Below, one piece after another: positions 13,901-26,327 of a DNA stretch of 64,000 nucleotides. Both the position numbers and the translations under genes were made by a program. Each line of letters starts with the position of its first letter. The stretch's first letter is position 1. Under the pieces are notes generated by a model. That model did no database searches and was not told the DNA's origin. It saw only the letters and a program-made list of their open reading frames with translations. Source of the stretch: Trichoplax adhaerens (Eukaryota; Animalia; Placozoa); the NCBI RefSeq assembly GCF_000150275.1, contig NW_002060979.1, positions 156,612 to 220,611 of the forward strand, in the 5' to 3' direction.

Positions 13901-15148
13901 CAGTAATCATATAATCAATCAATTAGTAGAATGTAAAGTCAGTAAAATCGACATCTCGAAATGATTTATTTCTATATTTCTGTAACGTTACATTAATATA
14001 TCGTGACAATACATATTATTAAAGCATGAATGCGTCTAGTTCCTTTAGAAAGTGTTAACGTACAATGAAGAAATAATCTGTCGTTCTAAGTTAATAGTAA
14101 CGAGTTATATAAAATATCTCCTACACTTAGCGTATAGAAAACGTGCAGAAAGGTAATATATGATTTAATTTTTATTGGAAGCTGCCTTATAATCATTTTA
14201 AATTCAAATAAAATAAATATTTTCAGTTTTTTTTTTAACGAGACATACCGTTAAAATCTCGATTTGCAATATGTACTTACGTCTGCTAAATCCCCACCAT
14301 TACAATATTCCATAGTAATTGAATGGCCATAGTTCTGTAATTTAGCTAATAGATCATCAGGTGCGTGTACTGTACGAACCAAGTTTTTATGAGAGAGTTT
14401 AGCCATATTACTATATTCTTCTTCCCATTTACGTATACTATTCGTATTTATATGTCTAATATTTTTCAAAGATTTCACAACGATTTTTTCCTTTGTTACC
14501 TATTCCAGGTTAATATTTAATTAGTAACTTTGCTGTTCGTATTACGGTTTTAACTTTAATATTAAAAGTCTATAAGCCTTCATCTCTACTAAGCTTTAGC
14601 GAATAGGAAATACTTTTTTGACCTCAGCAGTGTCAATGAATTAATATACTCTGAATACAAGTTAGTGCTCAATTTAAACCTGCTAAACACAATAAATTAG
14701 CAATTTATTCTCAATTGTATCCGATAAGTACTATGCCTAATGCAAAAGTACCAATGTTTGTCTACATCTTTAGGCTGTAGGGTGTCTATTTTAACAAATC
14801 AATAACATTCATATTTAGCGGTGCCTACAGGAACTCAATGAATATCAGCTAATACAGCTTGTCACATTAGTCTACATACAGAAAAGGACCATTAAGTTTA
14901 ATTTCATCGCTACAAATTCGATAAGGACACATAATGAACACTATAGCACAGTATAGAAAAATCAAGACTATTCATTTTAATTTTGCACTTCTTCCTAACC
15001 AGATAGGATTTTTAAAAGTGGATCCAACTGCTTTTGTTTCGTATAATGCTCTTACTCTATTATGGAAAATCTTGACTACTCCAAAGCCTCCTTTAGTGAT
15101 TTCCTTTTGAAGTTGCCAAGTTTCATCCGGAGTACGATATTGTATCAT
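7389..15148 (-). CDS. IkappaB kinase (IKK)-family Ser/Thr kinase, divergent; kinase domain, ubiquitin-like domain and helical scaffold region
   Basis: Exons with GT-AG boundaries and compatible phases: 15148-15056 (WQLQKEITKGGFGVV), 14499-14281 (VVK...HKNLV...MEYCNGGDL), 13882-13819, 13696-13608 (IIHRDIKPENILL), 13452-13354 (KLGDFG...TFAGTSPYM), 12959-12770 (APE...YTKSVDIWSFG), 12670-~12622 (GKVQFSTELP), ~12432-12294 (LQLLLDGNPKRRG), ~12223-12153 (LIHIV, ULD-like), 12023-11918. Middle exons at 11.8-9.8 kb are only partly resolved. Then ~8546-8451, ~8331-8236 and a last exon ~7463-7389 (RKQEFMWSIVKK...*). These motifs resemble IKKalpha/beta. An acceptor site just before the ATG suggests further upstream exon(s). 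Confidence 0.85.
7718..8235. repeat. Diverged intronic repeats with (TA)n tracts
   Basis: The motif aatag..gagtttga(t/a)t...taaaatatactcta, followed by (TA)n, recurs at ~7718 and ~7887, with degenerate copies at ~8120 and ~8190. (TA)n run at ~7934-7962. Confidence 0.6.
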
Positions 15149-18100
15149 TTCTAAAATTACGGCATAAAAAATTATTTTAATCACTTTCAAATGGTGATTG
15201 GATAGTTCAGGATTACAAATCTGCTTCTGATTACATAGAAAATGATCTTGTAGTAATAATGAATTAAATAAAGGCGATGTTATTACCACTGAGCTATTTT
15301 TACATTAGTTCTTGGCTGCTAATTTCTTGTAAACAAGTTAATAATTAATTGTTTTTATTGTACGATGTTATTAAAAGATGCCATTCGTTACTAACTCATC
15401 ACTATGCATTTTAATTCTTGTGCTATAATTAGAAAGCTTCATGTTTTTACATCTTTGCAAAATTTTTACTACAGCTTGATTGATTATCCGAGAGATAGGC
15501 TAAAAGTAATAGCGTAGGAAATAGCCCACATCAGGTCAAATTATTAATATAAAGTAACAGCAAATACGAGCATATGTAAAAGTCCTTAAATCTTTAATTA
15601 TATCAGTAGCCTTGTTGTTAAACTGAAGTTAGAAAATGATTACTGATCATGTAATTCAACTGCATACGCAATAAGTCATTAATGTTAGAAATTTTTCGGG
15701 CTTTCTTATGAAAGTACTTAGCTTAGAAATATCATGTGCGAATAGTTCTTATTAGCTATATATCCAAGTATAAGTCTTGTACGTATAATATTCTGCGATA
15801 ATGTGGTAACAAATAATTCTGAGACAAGATAAAGTAAAGCAAATATCTACAGACAAATTCGTTGAACAGCCCTCAAGGAATGATATATTCTTATTATTAT
15901 TACCTCTAAGACTACGTATTTACTCTACAGGTTTCACGTAAACAAGTTTAAAGTCTGTATCGTCCTTTACAAGGGATTATATTTTCAGGAATTATCAAAA
16001 AAACAGTAGTCGATGTGTTATAAATCGTGGTTAGGAACGAGGTAAAGATAAAACCACTTATAGAAAATTAACATTATAAGATTATTGTCCAGCCTGTCCT
16101 TCTGATATCTATCGATAGTTTACGACTCTACACATTGACAATCTTCCCATCGTTAGGAGATCACAATAAATGACGCGTCTATCCTATGCTTAGCTATGAA
16201 TCCAAACTTTACTACGAAATAAGCTGGTTTATAATGAATCTACATGAACATTAATAAGTAGTCAGTACATATGCGTACTCTAGATAGTATTATGAAAATA
16301 TGCAGTTATCAATATATATCAATCTTAACCATTAACGCTGTTGTAGGTCAATAAAAATTGTGCAAGTTATTATCTTAGATTAGAATTATAAATTTTCCAT
16401 TTGCTAGTTTAATTGATGAGAGATTAATAGAAATAGTGTTATAGTTGACTTTAAAAATGATGGATTGCAATTCTCAATAACCATCAGCAAATTACTTAAT
16501 AGTATTTACATCTTGATCATAAAATTGCAAGAGAAAAGATTATCAGGTGCTTAGACGGTGAATTTAACTAGATAGATATGTGCTTGCTCAATGAACTGGT
16601 ACAAATCTCTAAGTAATTGTAGAATTGAAAGAGAACGACAGTAGTAGAAAGTTTTGATGGCTGTAGCATAGTTATGGTAATGTAAAGGACTCCAATATTT
16701 AATAATTGATAGGCAGATGCCATACCGTTGCTATTATTAAAAGATCTCTAATGTTAATACATGATAATTAAATGAATATCTGGGTCCAATTGATCAGTGT
16801 TGGAGTTCTTGATTCAATTAATAGATTTATAGTATAAAGACTAGTACAAGGATATTATAACAGATGATAAATTACAGTATTCTGTAGAAGAGTGACATAT
16901 ATTGGTTTGTACATTATCCAGTGCAGAGGGGTTACTTCCAAACAAATAGCCGGTGAATCGTTAAAGTAGTGGGTCATGATTTGAAAGTTACTTTTCTTCT
17001 ATGCTGTTGATAACATTATCATTACGACATTCACGTATGTCTTCAATTGATTCATATCATCCACTAGAATTTGATGGGTAAATTCTTGGTACGAATAAAT
17101 GAATGGTAGATTGCCGTGGTAGGTTTATTCTAAGTACGTAATTAAACTAATGTTACAATGAGATTCTTAAGACTCGTCATTAATTTGTCGTATTATAAAT
17201 ATGGTAGGGTGCCTAAAAGTTTACCGAAGTAGCTGGATTTAAATTTGCTACCTCTTATGATACAGAGAGTGGAATATGTTGGACTCTCCGATAAGATTGA
17301 TCTGAAATATGATATGGCTACTTTTAAACTAAACGGCTTAAAGCAATACTATGAGATTTAGTTTTATTCGTTTACGATAATCTTCTAGTCTACTTCGTAA
17401 TTTTGTGATGTATGTATTATTGTTGCACAGTAGCTAGAAATGGATATTGATAAGATTTTTGACCGCTTATTATATATTCTTAAAGGTGGGGTATAATGTA
17501 ATTATAATAATGAATTCTCCTGAATAATAAATATGCCTTAAATGGATGTTTCTAACTAATGGCAGAATTTATTAAATGAAGACTTACTGGAAAGATGGAA
17601 TGTTGCATGAAGTTAAATATATGATAAAGGGCTACTGTACTTTATTATAGCACTTTTATGAGTAAACTGTAATAAGTTTAATAGTATTCAAGCCTTTATT
17701 CACGCTTAAAAGGCTAAAATAAAATATCTCAATGTTGTACACTAAATAATTGAAATTAAAGCAATCCCCATATGATTTGGAGCGTCATTTCTTAAGCTGC
17801 AATTGTGTCACATGGTAAGGCTGTTAACTTTAGCTTTACAAAATTATAACAATTTTTGCCGTTAATTGTATCAATTTATTAACATTATTAAATACGGCAT
17901 TGATTTAGTAATACCATATGATTGATATCATAACCCGCTCGCTATCTAATCTAGAGTAATCTGCTATATATTTATAACGCAAAAATTAAGTGCATATGAT
18001 TGATTAACAATAATCATGAATTTTCATCTATCTTCAAGGATTTTGCTTTTTAAATCTAATTAGTAATGAGCATTAAAAAAGGATGGCATGGGGTAATTAT

Positions 18101-18846
18101 ATTAACATCCGCTCGAAATAGGCTAACTTAGCGATAAATTAGATTAGTATCCGCTCTATCTATGATAAAAAGAACAGTAGTTTTAGAAAAATTGGCTTAC
18201 ATTACTTTTGTGTCTTTTTGTACCTGATTTACGGTGCAACATGGCTATTGTTTCGACCAAGAGTGTGCTTTCTGTGAATTTGGGATAACGAGAGTGAGAT
18301 ATAACTTAGATTTATAAAGCAAAGAATAGAAGTTTGGATTCTTGAAATTGTTCGTGTCGATGGATAAGTTAGATGTATAGCATATGTATTTTGTATTTTT
18401 ATGTCTAAGCAGCGATTATATAGCCTAACCTTAACCAGATTGAAATTCGTTGGCAAAAGTGTAATGGATTTTGATGATATAGAGGGGATCGAGAATAGCT
18501 AATTAGGTGCTGCAAATAAATCAATAAATATCCGTAAGACACGATCGCTAGTATTCAATTTTGGGAAAAAGTAGTATAAAAAATGCCCATATTGATTCTT
18601 TGATTGAATAAGTAATCAAGTGCTTAGAAACACCTATTTTTAATAGTCATTAATTCAGATTTTGTAATATTTATTATTATAATTTATGAATATGATTACT
18701 TATCCTTAACTAGCAAACTTGCGTAACTAGATACAGCTGAAGTTTACGCCTTGATAAATAGTAGTATCTTAAGTTTCCCCTATTCATGGTCATCAGAGTT
18801 CTGATTTCTAGAATAACTGCTACGTGTATAGCTCTATTCGGGGGTA

Positions 18847-18859
18847 GGGGAATTTCCCC
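18847..18859. promoter_or_regulatory. kappaB-consensus-like site GGGGAATTTCCCC inside an inverted repeat
   Basis: GGGAATTTCC (18848-18857) matches the GGGRNNYYCC Rel/NF-kB consensus exactly. It is flanked by inverted-repeat arms at 18828-18846 and 18898-18918. Function is not demonstrated. Confidence 0.35.
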
Positions 18860-21263
18860 CAATTTTCTATCCGAGATAATACAGCCTATATTCAAGTTAC
18901 CCCACGAAATAGATCTATTACGGTGTGTACATTTTGAGCGATTAGATAATATGAAATGTAATAAAAAGTGGCCGAGTGTCGATCGACTCCATTCGCAATT
19001 ACATAAATAGCATTGGCGTATTATCCAGGACTTATGTTTTGCTAGCTAAAATTCATCAATTGTTAATTAGTTATTGCATGATGAACTTACAGTAAATTGA
19101 TGACCATGATAAATTTTCAATAATATAGTTAGTCACAAAGCTTTAAGTTCGAAATAATCTGGGTTGATGCCATTCTTTCGAATAGGTTTAGATGTAATTT
19201 TATTATCACTACTTGCAATTTATTTTATCTATTGTAAACAAAATTAATGTTGCCTTGCTGATTACCGTATAGAATCCTTTCATACCTAAGGCATATATCG
19301 AAAGTTATACAGCAAGTGTGCAGCATTACAGAGCTAGTGAGATTCTATCATTTTTTTGCGGCTCCTTTAACGGTTCAATCAGTTGTAATAAAAGTATCTC
19401 ATAAATAACTGTCTTAGTCGAATGAAGTTTTGAAAAAGGCTTTTATTACAAAGTTTAGGAATAGTAAAGCAATAATTGAAGTGAATTCTCTCCAATGCGA
19501 GCTCATCTCCGCAGTTCTTCAACACATTTATGATAGCATAATTAACTACTATCAGACATGAGTCATCAAACAGATTATCATTACGTTCTACAATGCAAAT
19601 CAATCTGCTTAAAATATCACTACTCTTCTATGAATGTACAGCACCTTTCGGTGTTGGGTATTTTCACAATGACAGAATCTCATGTCACACAAATCTTGTA
19701 CCGTACTGTAATTAGTCTACCAGCTAATATTAGTCATCAACAATTTCTAATAGAGTAGTTAGCAATCATGGAATATGAGCATCACAATAATATCTATTTT
19801 TTGGTAACCTAACACACAACCTGTTATGGTCCAAGTACAAAATCCAGTCAATTCGCGAAATGCTTAGTCCTTTTGCAAATTGCCATAGATCTTGTATTAT
19901 TAACCGATGCTACTGCTTTAAAGCTAATGTTAAGTGTAACAACAAATATTACAATCAGAGAACTTGTAAAAATAAATAATAATTTTCCTAATCAAAACAT
20001 AATCCATTCAATAATAACTACTTTATTGATAATGGTATCTCTAAATGTTTAGCAATTACTGAAGTAATTGCAAGTTACATACGAGTATATATTGATTATT
20101 CAAATTAGTCATTATTATTATAATTATAATCATCCAAAAAATAGAGATTCTCTGTTTTTTTAGTAATATTACTGTATGAGTAAAGATAGTTTCTCTGATT
20201 TACGTGTTTTGCTACTTTTACAGTTTGCGAATTGACTAGGCATTTTGCAAATACACTGAACTTCGTACTCAAACAGGGACAAAATACTACAGTAACATGG
20301 ACTTTTAAATTGTGTCTTGCTACCGTACTTCTAGTAGTCTGTGAATAATAAGACTTGCCATTTTTGTTCTTGCAACTGAAATGTAACCATGAATTCTATC
20401 GCATTGGACAACGTTTAGTGTTATACCTAGTCAGTGCCTTTACCTCAGTAATGGATTTTACTATCGATTTTAGACATTTTATATCATTAATGATTCAATA
20501 AAGTACTCTTTTCTGCCATACTTTTATGCACAATTGAAGTTGGTATAGTTTCTTTATCAAGCTTGATAATTTTCGGTTTGTAATAATTAATCCCTTGCAT
20601 CGATTAATATCGCTTTATTGTGCACGTACTCTCATTAATACATAGTTTAATGGTATGGAGAGTGTTTGATCTCAAAGATCAATGAATGGGTGATGCTTGT
20701 TGATATTTGATAGAATTCTTTGATTATTATATACGAGTATATATTTATTGGCCAAAGGGATTGGAAAAGTTGATATTAAATAATGGTGAAGAGCTTAAAT
20801 AATTTCTTTTAATACAGCATTTTGACGGGAATAATAAGACAGTAAAAGTTATTCAGTGTTTACGCGTTATGATGTACAACATATACTGGTATGTTGTGAT
20901 CAATCCTAGGATTGTCTTTACGATACTCCTTTTTTATTCTTAATTTAAAACTATACCTCACGAAACCTTACTATTCGCTACTAGGCGCCGAATTGGAATA
21001 AATAGTATATGCGTAAGTAAGTACATGCATGTATCACTTGTTTGCAGATTCTCAACATACAGAGTGAGGGTGGCCTTTACCGGGTTATATACCTTTACAT
21101 TGATTGCCACGTTACAGATTGTAACTTTGCTCGTTATTCTTAATATTATATTGTAGTTTAATTTATTATTTTATTCACCACAGGGTAGCATACCCTTTGA
21201 GAATTTCCTAACTTTGCAAATCGATTAAACAAACTGCGTGATTAGGATAGTTTCACTGAGGTT

Positions 21264-21422
21264 ATTGATAGTAGCTATGCAATCTCGGGGATTTAAGTAT
21301 GATATTGGTAGTAGTTATGCAATGTCGAGGATTTTAAGTATTCTATTGATCGCAGCTACGCAATCTCGGGGATTTCAGTATTCTATTGATAGTAGCTATG
21401 CAATCTCGGGGATTAAAGTATT
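21264..21422. repeat. Minisatellite, 4 x ~40 bp
   Basis: The unit gatagtagctatgcaatctcggggatttaagtattctatt is repeated four times with substitutions. Confidence 0.85.
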
Positions 21423-22175
21423 GCGTTGATTAGGGCAAACGTAAAGTGAGTGACTTGATAGCAGTACCATCTTCTCAATGGCAGTATCATCGATGAATAG
21501 GGATTTTGGCTGATTTATTGAATACCATTTTATGTCCATGGTGACTTGAACGATTGGCATCTTGTGTGTCATCGTAATAAGGATATCATATCATACACTA
21601 TACGCGTATGTCGCTTTTATAGCATTGTTGCTGTGATTAAGATAAGTCATCAAGCTAAAAAGGCTAAAATCATTTGCATTTTGGACAGTAGAAATGAACC
21701 AATGATGATATCATTTCATTCATTGTATGATCGTATTGATTGCTATCCAGGATGGCAATTTGATATCCAATACCAGCGGTACAAAGCAACTTACAATACG
21801 ACGTGTTGTGTACTACTGGTTACACGAAATCTTGTTAACAACGAGGAATCATTTTATTCTTGAAGTTCAACGTTGATCGAGTCCTTTCCATTTCCCTTCT
21901 TGGCAATTTGCATGCAACAATGATAACACTGTCATCGCTAACATTAGTTATCTGTCTCTGATTCCAGCAGTGCAAGTCTACTGATGATGGCCATGTTGGC
22001 CAAACTGACGTCATCTTCAGTGAATCATTCATTAGGGGAATTATTCAAATTTAGCTCAGTAGGAGGAAAGCAGTGGCGTAATAACGTTGTCGTCACGTTG
22101 ATGTTGGTTATTAAGTTCAACTAGGGAATTTTGACCATTCTATCCTATCCTTGTAATTGATGAAGGTACCGGATG

Positions 22176-23108
22176 ATCGTTTGGACCTCCTCGAGGATGA
22201 CGATTGGTAGAGTAAAGTATAGGGTGTAGAAATTCAATGTAGATTTTACAAACAAACAATATGCACGAAAGTGGATGGATTCTATTTTAATTTGATGTTC
22301 ATCGACATCATTGAAACACACATCGTTTGGACCTCCTCGAGGATGACGATTGGTAGAGTAGAGTAAAGTATAGGGTGTAGAAATTCAATGCAGATTTTAC
22401 AAACAAACAATATGATCGAAAGTTGATGGATTTTATTTGAAACACACATCGTTTGGACCTCCTCGAGGATGGCGATTGGTAGAGTAAAGTATAGGGTGTA
22501 GAAATTGTATGCAGATTTTACAAACAAACAATATGATCGAAAGTTGATGGATTTTATTTGAAACACACATCGTTTGGACCTCCTCGAGGATGACGATTGG
22601 TAGAGTAAAGTATAGGGTGTAGAAATTCAATGCAGATTTTTAAAAACAAACAATATGATCGAAAGTTGATGGATTTTATTTGAAACACACATCGTTTGGA
22701 CCTCCTCGAGGATGACGATTGGTAGAGTAAAGTATAGGGTGTAGAAATTCAATGCAGATTTTCCAACAAACAAACAATATGATCGAAAGTTGATGGATTT
22801 TATTTGAAACACACATCGTTTGGACCTCCTCGAGGATGACGATTGGTAGAGTAAAGTATAGGGTGTAGAAATTCAATGCAGATTTTAAAAACAACAAACA
22901 ATATGATCGAAAGTTGATGGATTTTATTTCAATTTGATGTTCATCGACATCATTAAAACACACATCGTTTGGTCCTCCTCGAGGATGACGATTGGTAGAG
23001 TAAAATAGAGGGTGTAGAAATTCAATGCAGATTTTAAAAACAAACAATATGCTCGTAAGTTGATGGAATCCATTTCAATTTGATGTTCATCGACATTATT
23101 GAACCACA
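22176..23108. repeat. Tandem array, 7 x ~121-149 bp
   Basis: The anchor atcgtttggacctcctcgaggatgacgattggtagag starts at 22176, 22322, 22448, 22569, 22691, 22815 and 22964. Long units carry an extra ~25 bp segment (aatttgatgttcatcgacatcat). Confidence 0.95.
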
Positions 23109-23765
23109 CTTCAAGTTTGGACGGGTTGCGTAATCCAATCAACCATAAAAATATGCGCTGATTTACAGCACAGTACTGAATGTGAAAAGCAATTGTATAG
23201 ACTGTATAATGAATGACATGCGTACAATCGAATGAGTCCTTGGAAGCAAAAAACCAGCGGTAAAAGAAAAAAAAGAGAAAATTCCTGAAAAGTTTTTTTG
23301 CGCTGTAACATCCAATATTCAATGAATTATTCATACAGTACAGTACAGTACTGGGGGGAAAGAATTTTTACTTGAGCGCTTTCTGGAACATTCATCCAGA
23401 ATACAGACTCACGGAGTCAAAGACGATTTGGTAATGTAGCGTGTAGTCTAGTTGAACCTGGATACGCAGGACAGACTGGAGGACAGTACAAAAACTCTGT
23501 AGAAACGTAGTAGAGTGAAAAACAACAAGCTCGCTAGACTGTACTGTATGGACAAGCATGCCACTGAGTCGGAGTGACACTTGATTGCGATGTAACACAC
23601 GTACTCCAGTTGGAACCGGTAAAACGGGTTGAAGCCCAAATCATCGTGGTCAAATCGGAGTGAGTAACAACCAACCGTTGTCTGTGTAACGTGAATGACT
23701 ACCACTGCACACGCTACACCGGCATGGTCACGCAGTCACTGCAAGTTCAACACGACCTCCTGTTT

Positions 23766-25031
23766 GCACGATCAGTCGGTCACGTCAGCTGAGTGATGGA
23801 TGATCGATCCACGATGTCCACTGGTCTCTTTCCACAGTACAATACAGTACTGTACTATAGCATTTTGTACAGGCACAGACTAGGAGAAGAAAACGTCATG
23901 ACTAGTGCTGTAGTAGGTAGTCAACAGAGAATCTTCTAAGGAGAAGAAGATCACGTAAATAAACTATCGAGTCTATTTTTTCCCCCTTGCTCATACGGTC
24001 TAACATACTGTACAGTGTCTATCTTTTCTTATGGTAGTCGCTCGTAGACACGCTTACAAAGTGTAAAACCAAGGCCAGGAGAAAAAATCCATTTTGCACG
24101 ATCAGTCGGTCACGTCAGCTGACTGATGGATGTCCACTGGTCTGTCCCCACAGTACAATACAGTACTGTACTATAGCATTTTGTACAGGCACAGACTAGG
24201 AGAAGAAAACGTCATGACTAGTGCTGTAGTAGGTAGTCAACAGAGAATGTTCTAAGGAGAAGAAGATTACGTAGATAAACTATCGAGTCTATTTTTTCCC
24301 CTTGCTCATACTGTTTAACATACAGTGTCTATCTTTTCTTATGTTAGTCGCTCGTAGACACGCTTACAAAGTGTAAAACCAAGGCCAGGAGAAAAAATCC
24401 AGTTAGCACGATCAGTCGGTCACGTCAGCTGAGTGATGGATGTCCACTGGTCTGTCCCCACAGTACAATACAGCATTGTACAGTACTATAGCATTTTGTA
24501 CAGGCACAGACTGGGAGAAGAAAACGACTTGACTGGTACTGTAGTAGGTAGTCAACAGAGAATGTTCTAAGGAGAAGAAGATTACGTAGATAAACTATCG
24601 AGTCTATTTTTTCCCCTTGCTCATACTATCTAACATACAGTGTCTATCTTTTCTTATGTTAGTCGCTCATAGACACGCTTACAAAGTGTAAAACCAAGGC
24701 CAGGAGAAAAAATCCAGTTAGCACGATCAGTCGGTCACGTCAGCTGAGTGATGGATGTCCACTGGTCTGTCCCCACAGTACAATACAGTACAGTATTGTA
24801 CTATAGCATTTTGTACAGGCACAGACTGAGAGAAGAAAACGACTTGACTAGTACTGTAGTAGGTAGTCAACAGAGAATGTTCTAAGGAGAAGAAGATCAC
24901 GTAGATAAACTATCGAGTCTATTTTTTCCCCTTGCTCATACTATCTAACATACAGTGTCTATCTTTTCTTATGGTAGTTGCTCGTAGATACGCTTTACAA
25001 AGTGTAAAACCAAGGCCAGGAGAAAAAATCC
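23766..25031. repeat. Tandem array, 4 x ~310-330 bp
   Basis: The anchor gcacgatcagtcggtcacgtcagctga starts at 23766, 24096, 24406 and 24721. Each unit ends in gtgtaaaaccaaggccaggagaaaaaatcca. Confidence 0.95.
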
Positions 25032-26327
25032 ATTTTTTTCCCCCCCCCCCCTTTGTTTCCTCATCAATAACAAGTTCATACCGATATCTCGGAGAATGTC
25101 ATACTGTAAAACGCGTTCTGTACTCTTGTCACTGTCCGTTATTCATGGACAGTATTCATCCATCTCGCTTTAGGCATTCCTGTTCTACTGTAGTGGGCTG
25201 GCGTCTATATATACAGTACAAGCCGTAGGGAGTCATTGAAAGTGATTGTTGCAACAAGAGTTACTATACTGCAGACTCGAGACCCTACTCGGCTGTGTAC
25301 AGTAGTAGTCGATATCCGCCAGGATTGCATATCAATGACGTATGCACTGTACTACTGGAAAAAGGAATGTCGGATTTCTCTGACACGATGACACACTATG
25401 CCTTGAAATGGATAGGCACTGGGCAAGAATTGGGGCCGTTGTGTCGGATTTTCACTCTACCTTTAACAGTCATCAAGCCTAATCGTGCTCTATGACTCAT
25501 CCATTCTCCAAATTCATGACTAATGCAGGACTAATTGATTAATTAATTAATTAAGGGATCGAAAACTATTTTTTCGCCTACCATAACAAGAATGTGTCTG
25601 CCGTGTGCACTAGCCATTTCAGTCCACTGTAGTACTGTACTCTACTCGACTAGACCGGACCGCATTCTCCAAGCCGGTTTTCCGTCGCTAATTACAGTAC
25701 AAAGTACGGTAGACCACAATACACTACAGGCAGTTTTCCAGTACAGCATGCGACGGCATCCAATCCTATGGCGGTGTGGCGGGTACGACTGACTTTAATG
25801 ACACTTCACCCACCAAAATTGAACCTCACTGATAACAGTACTGTACGCTTTTGAAGGATGACACCAAGGCTGAAGCCAACCTGTGGTGAAGCGATACTAA
25901 CCAGTCTAGTAAGTGGTCGTGATTGCAACACGTTGTGCCTTTGTCGGCCAATCCCTTGTACTGTAGAGGATTAGCCAGTTTGGGTGCCCATTTTTGTCTT
26001 TGAATCCATTTTTTTCTCTGAATCAGGAAATTGCCAAGCGTCTTGGTCCTTGAATTTAGCGCTTGCTAGAAAGTACAGTTAAACTGTACAGGACTGTGCA
26101 TTGCGCAGCACAATTAGAGTGGATCGTTGGTTGGTTTTCCTTCTTTAAATTCAAACTTCCATCCAGTGGAGTAGGCACAATTGGACGGTCGGTGTCCATT
26201 GCTCTTTGTAGATACTCGTAGTGACCACTTTCTCCCCAATCAATCATGCTTAACAAAATTCGTCTCCAACGTATTGATTAGTCTACTTTGAATTGAATAT
26301 TCGATCACCTCCATTGCACCATTCACA

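Noticed and set aside
22176-23108. CRISPR-like appearance of a regularly spaced palindromic core
   Set aside because: The sequence between cores is itself repeated, so there are no unique spacers. There are no cas genes and the context is eukaryotic.
22282-23334. Several overlapping minus-strand ORFs with repeated peptides
   Set aside because: They are by-products of the tandem array. Unit lengths are not consistently multiples of three and the frames shift between units.
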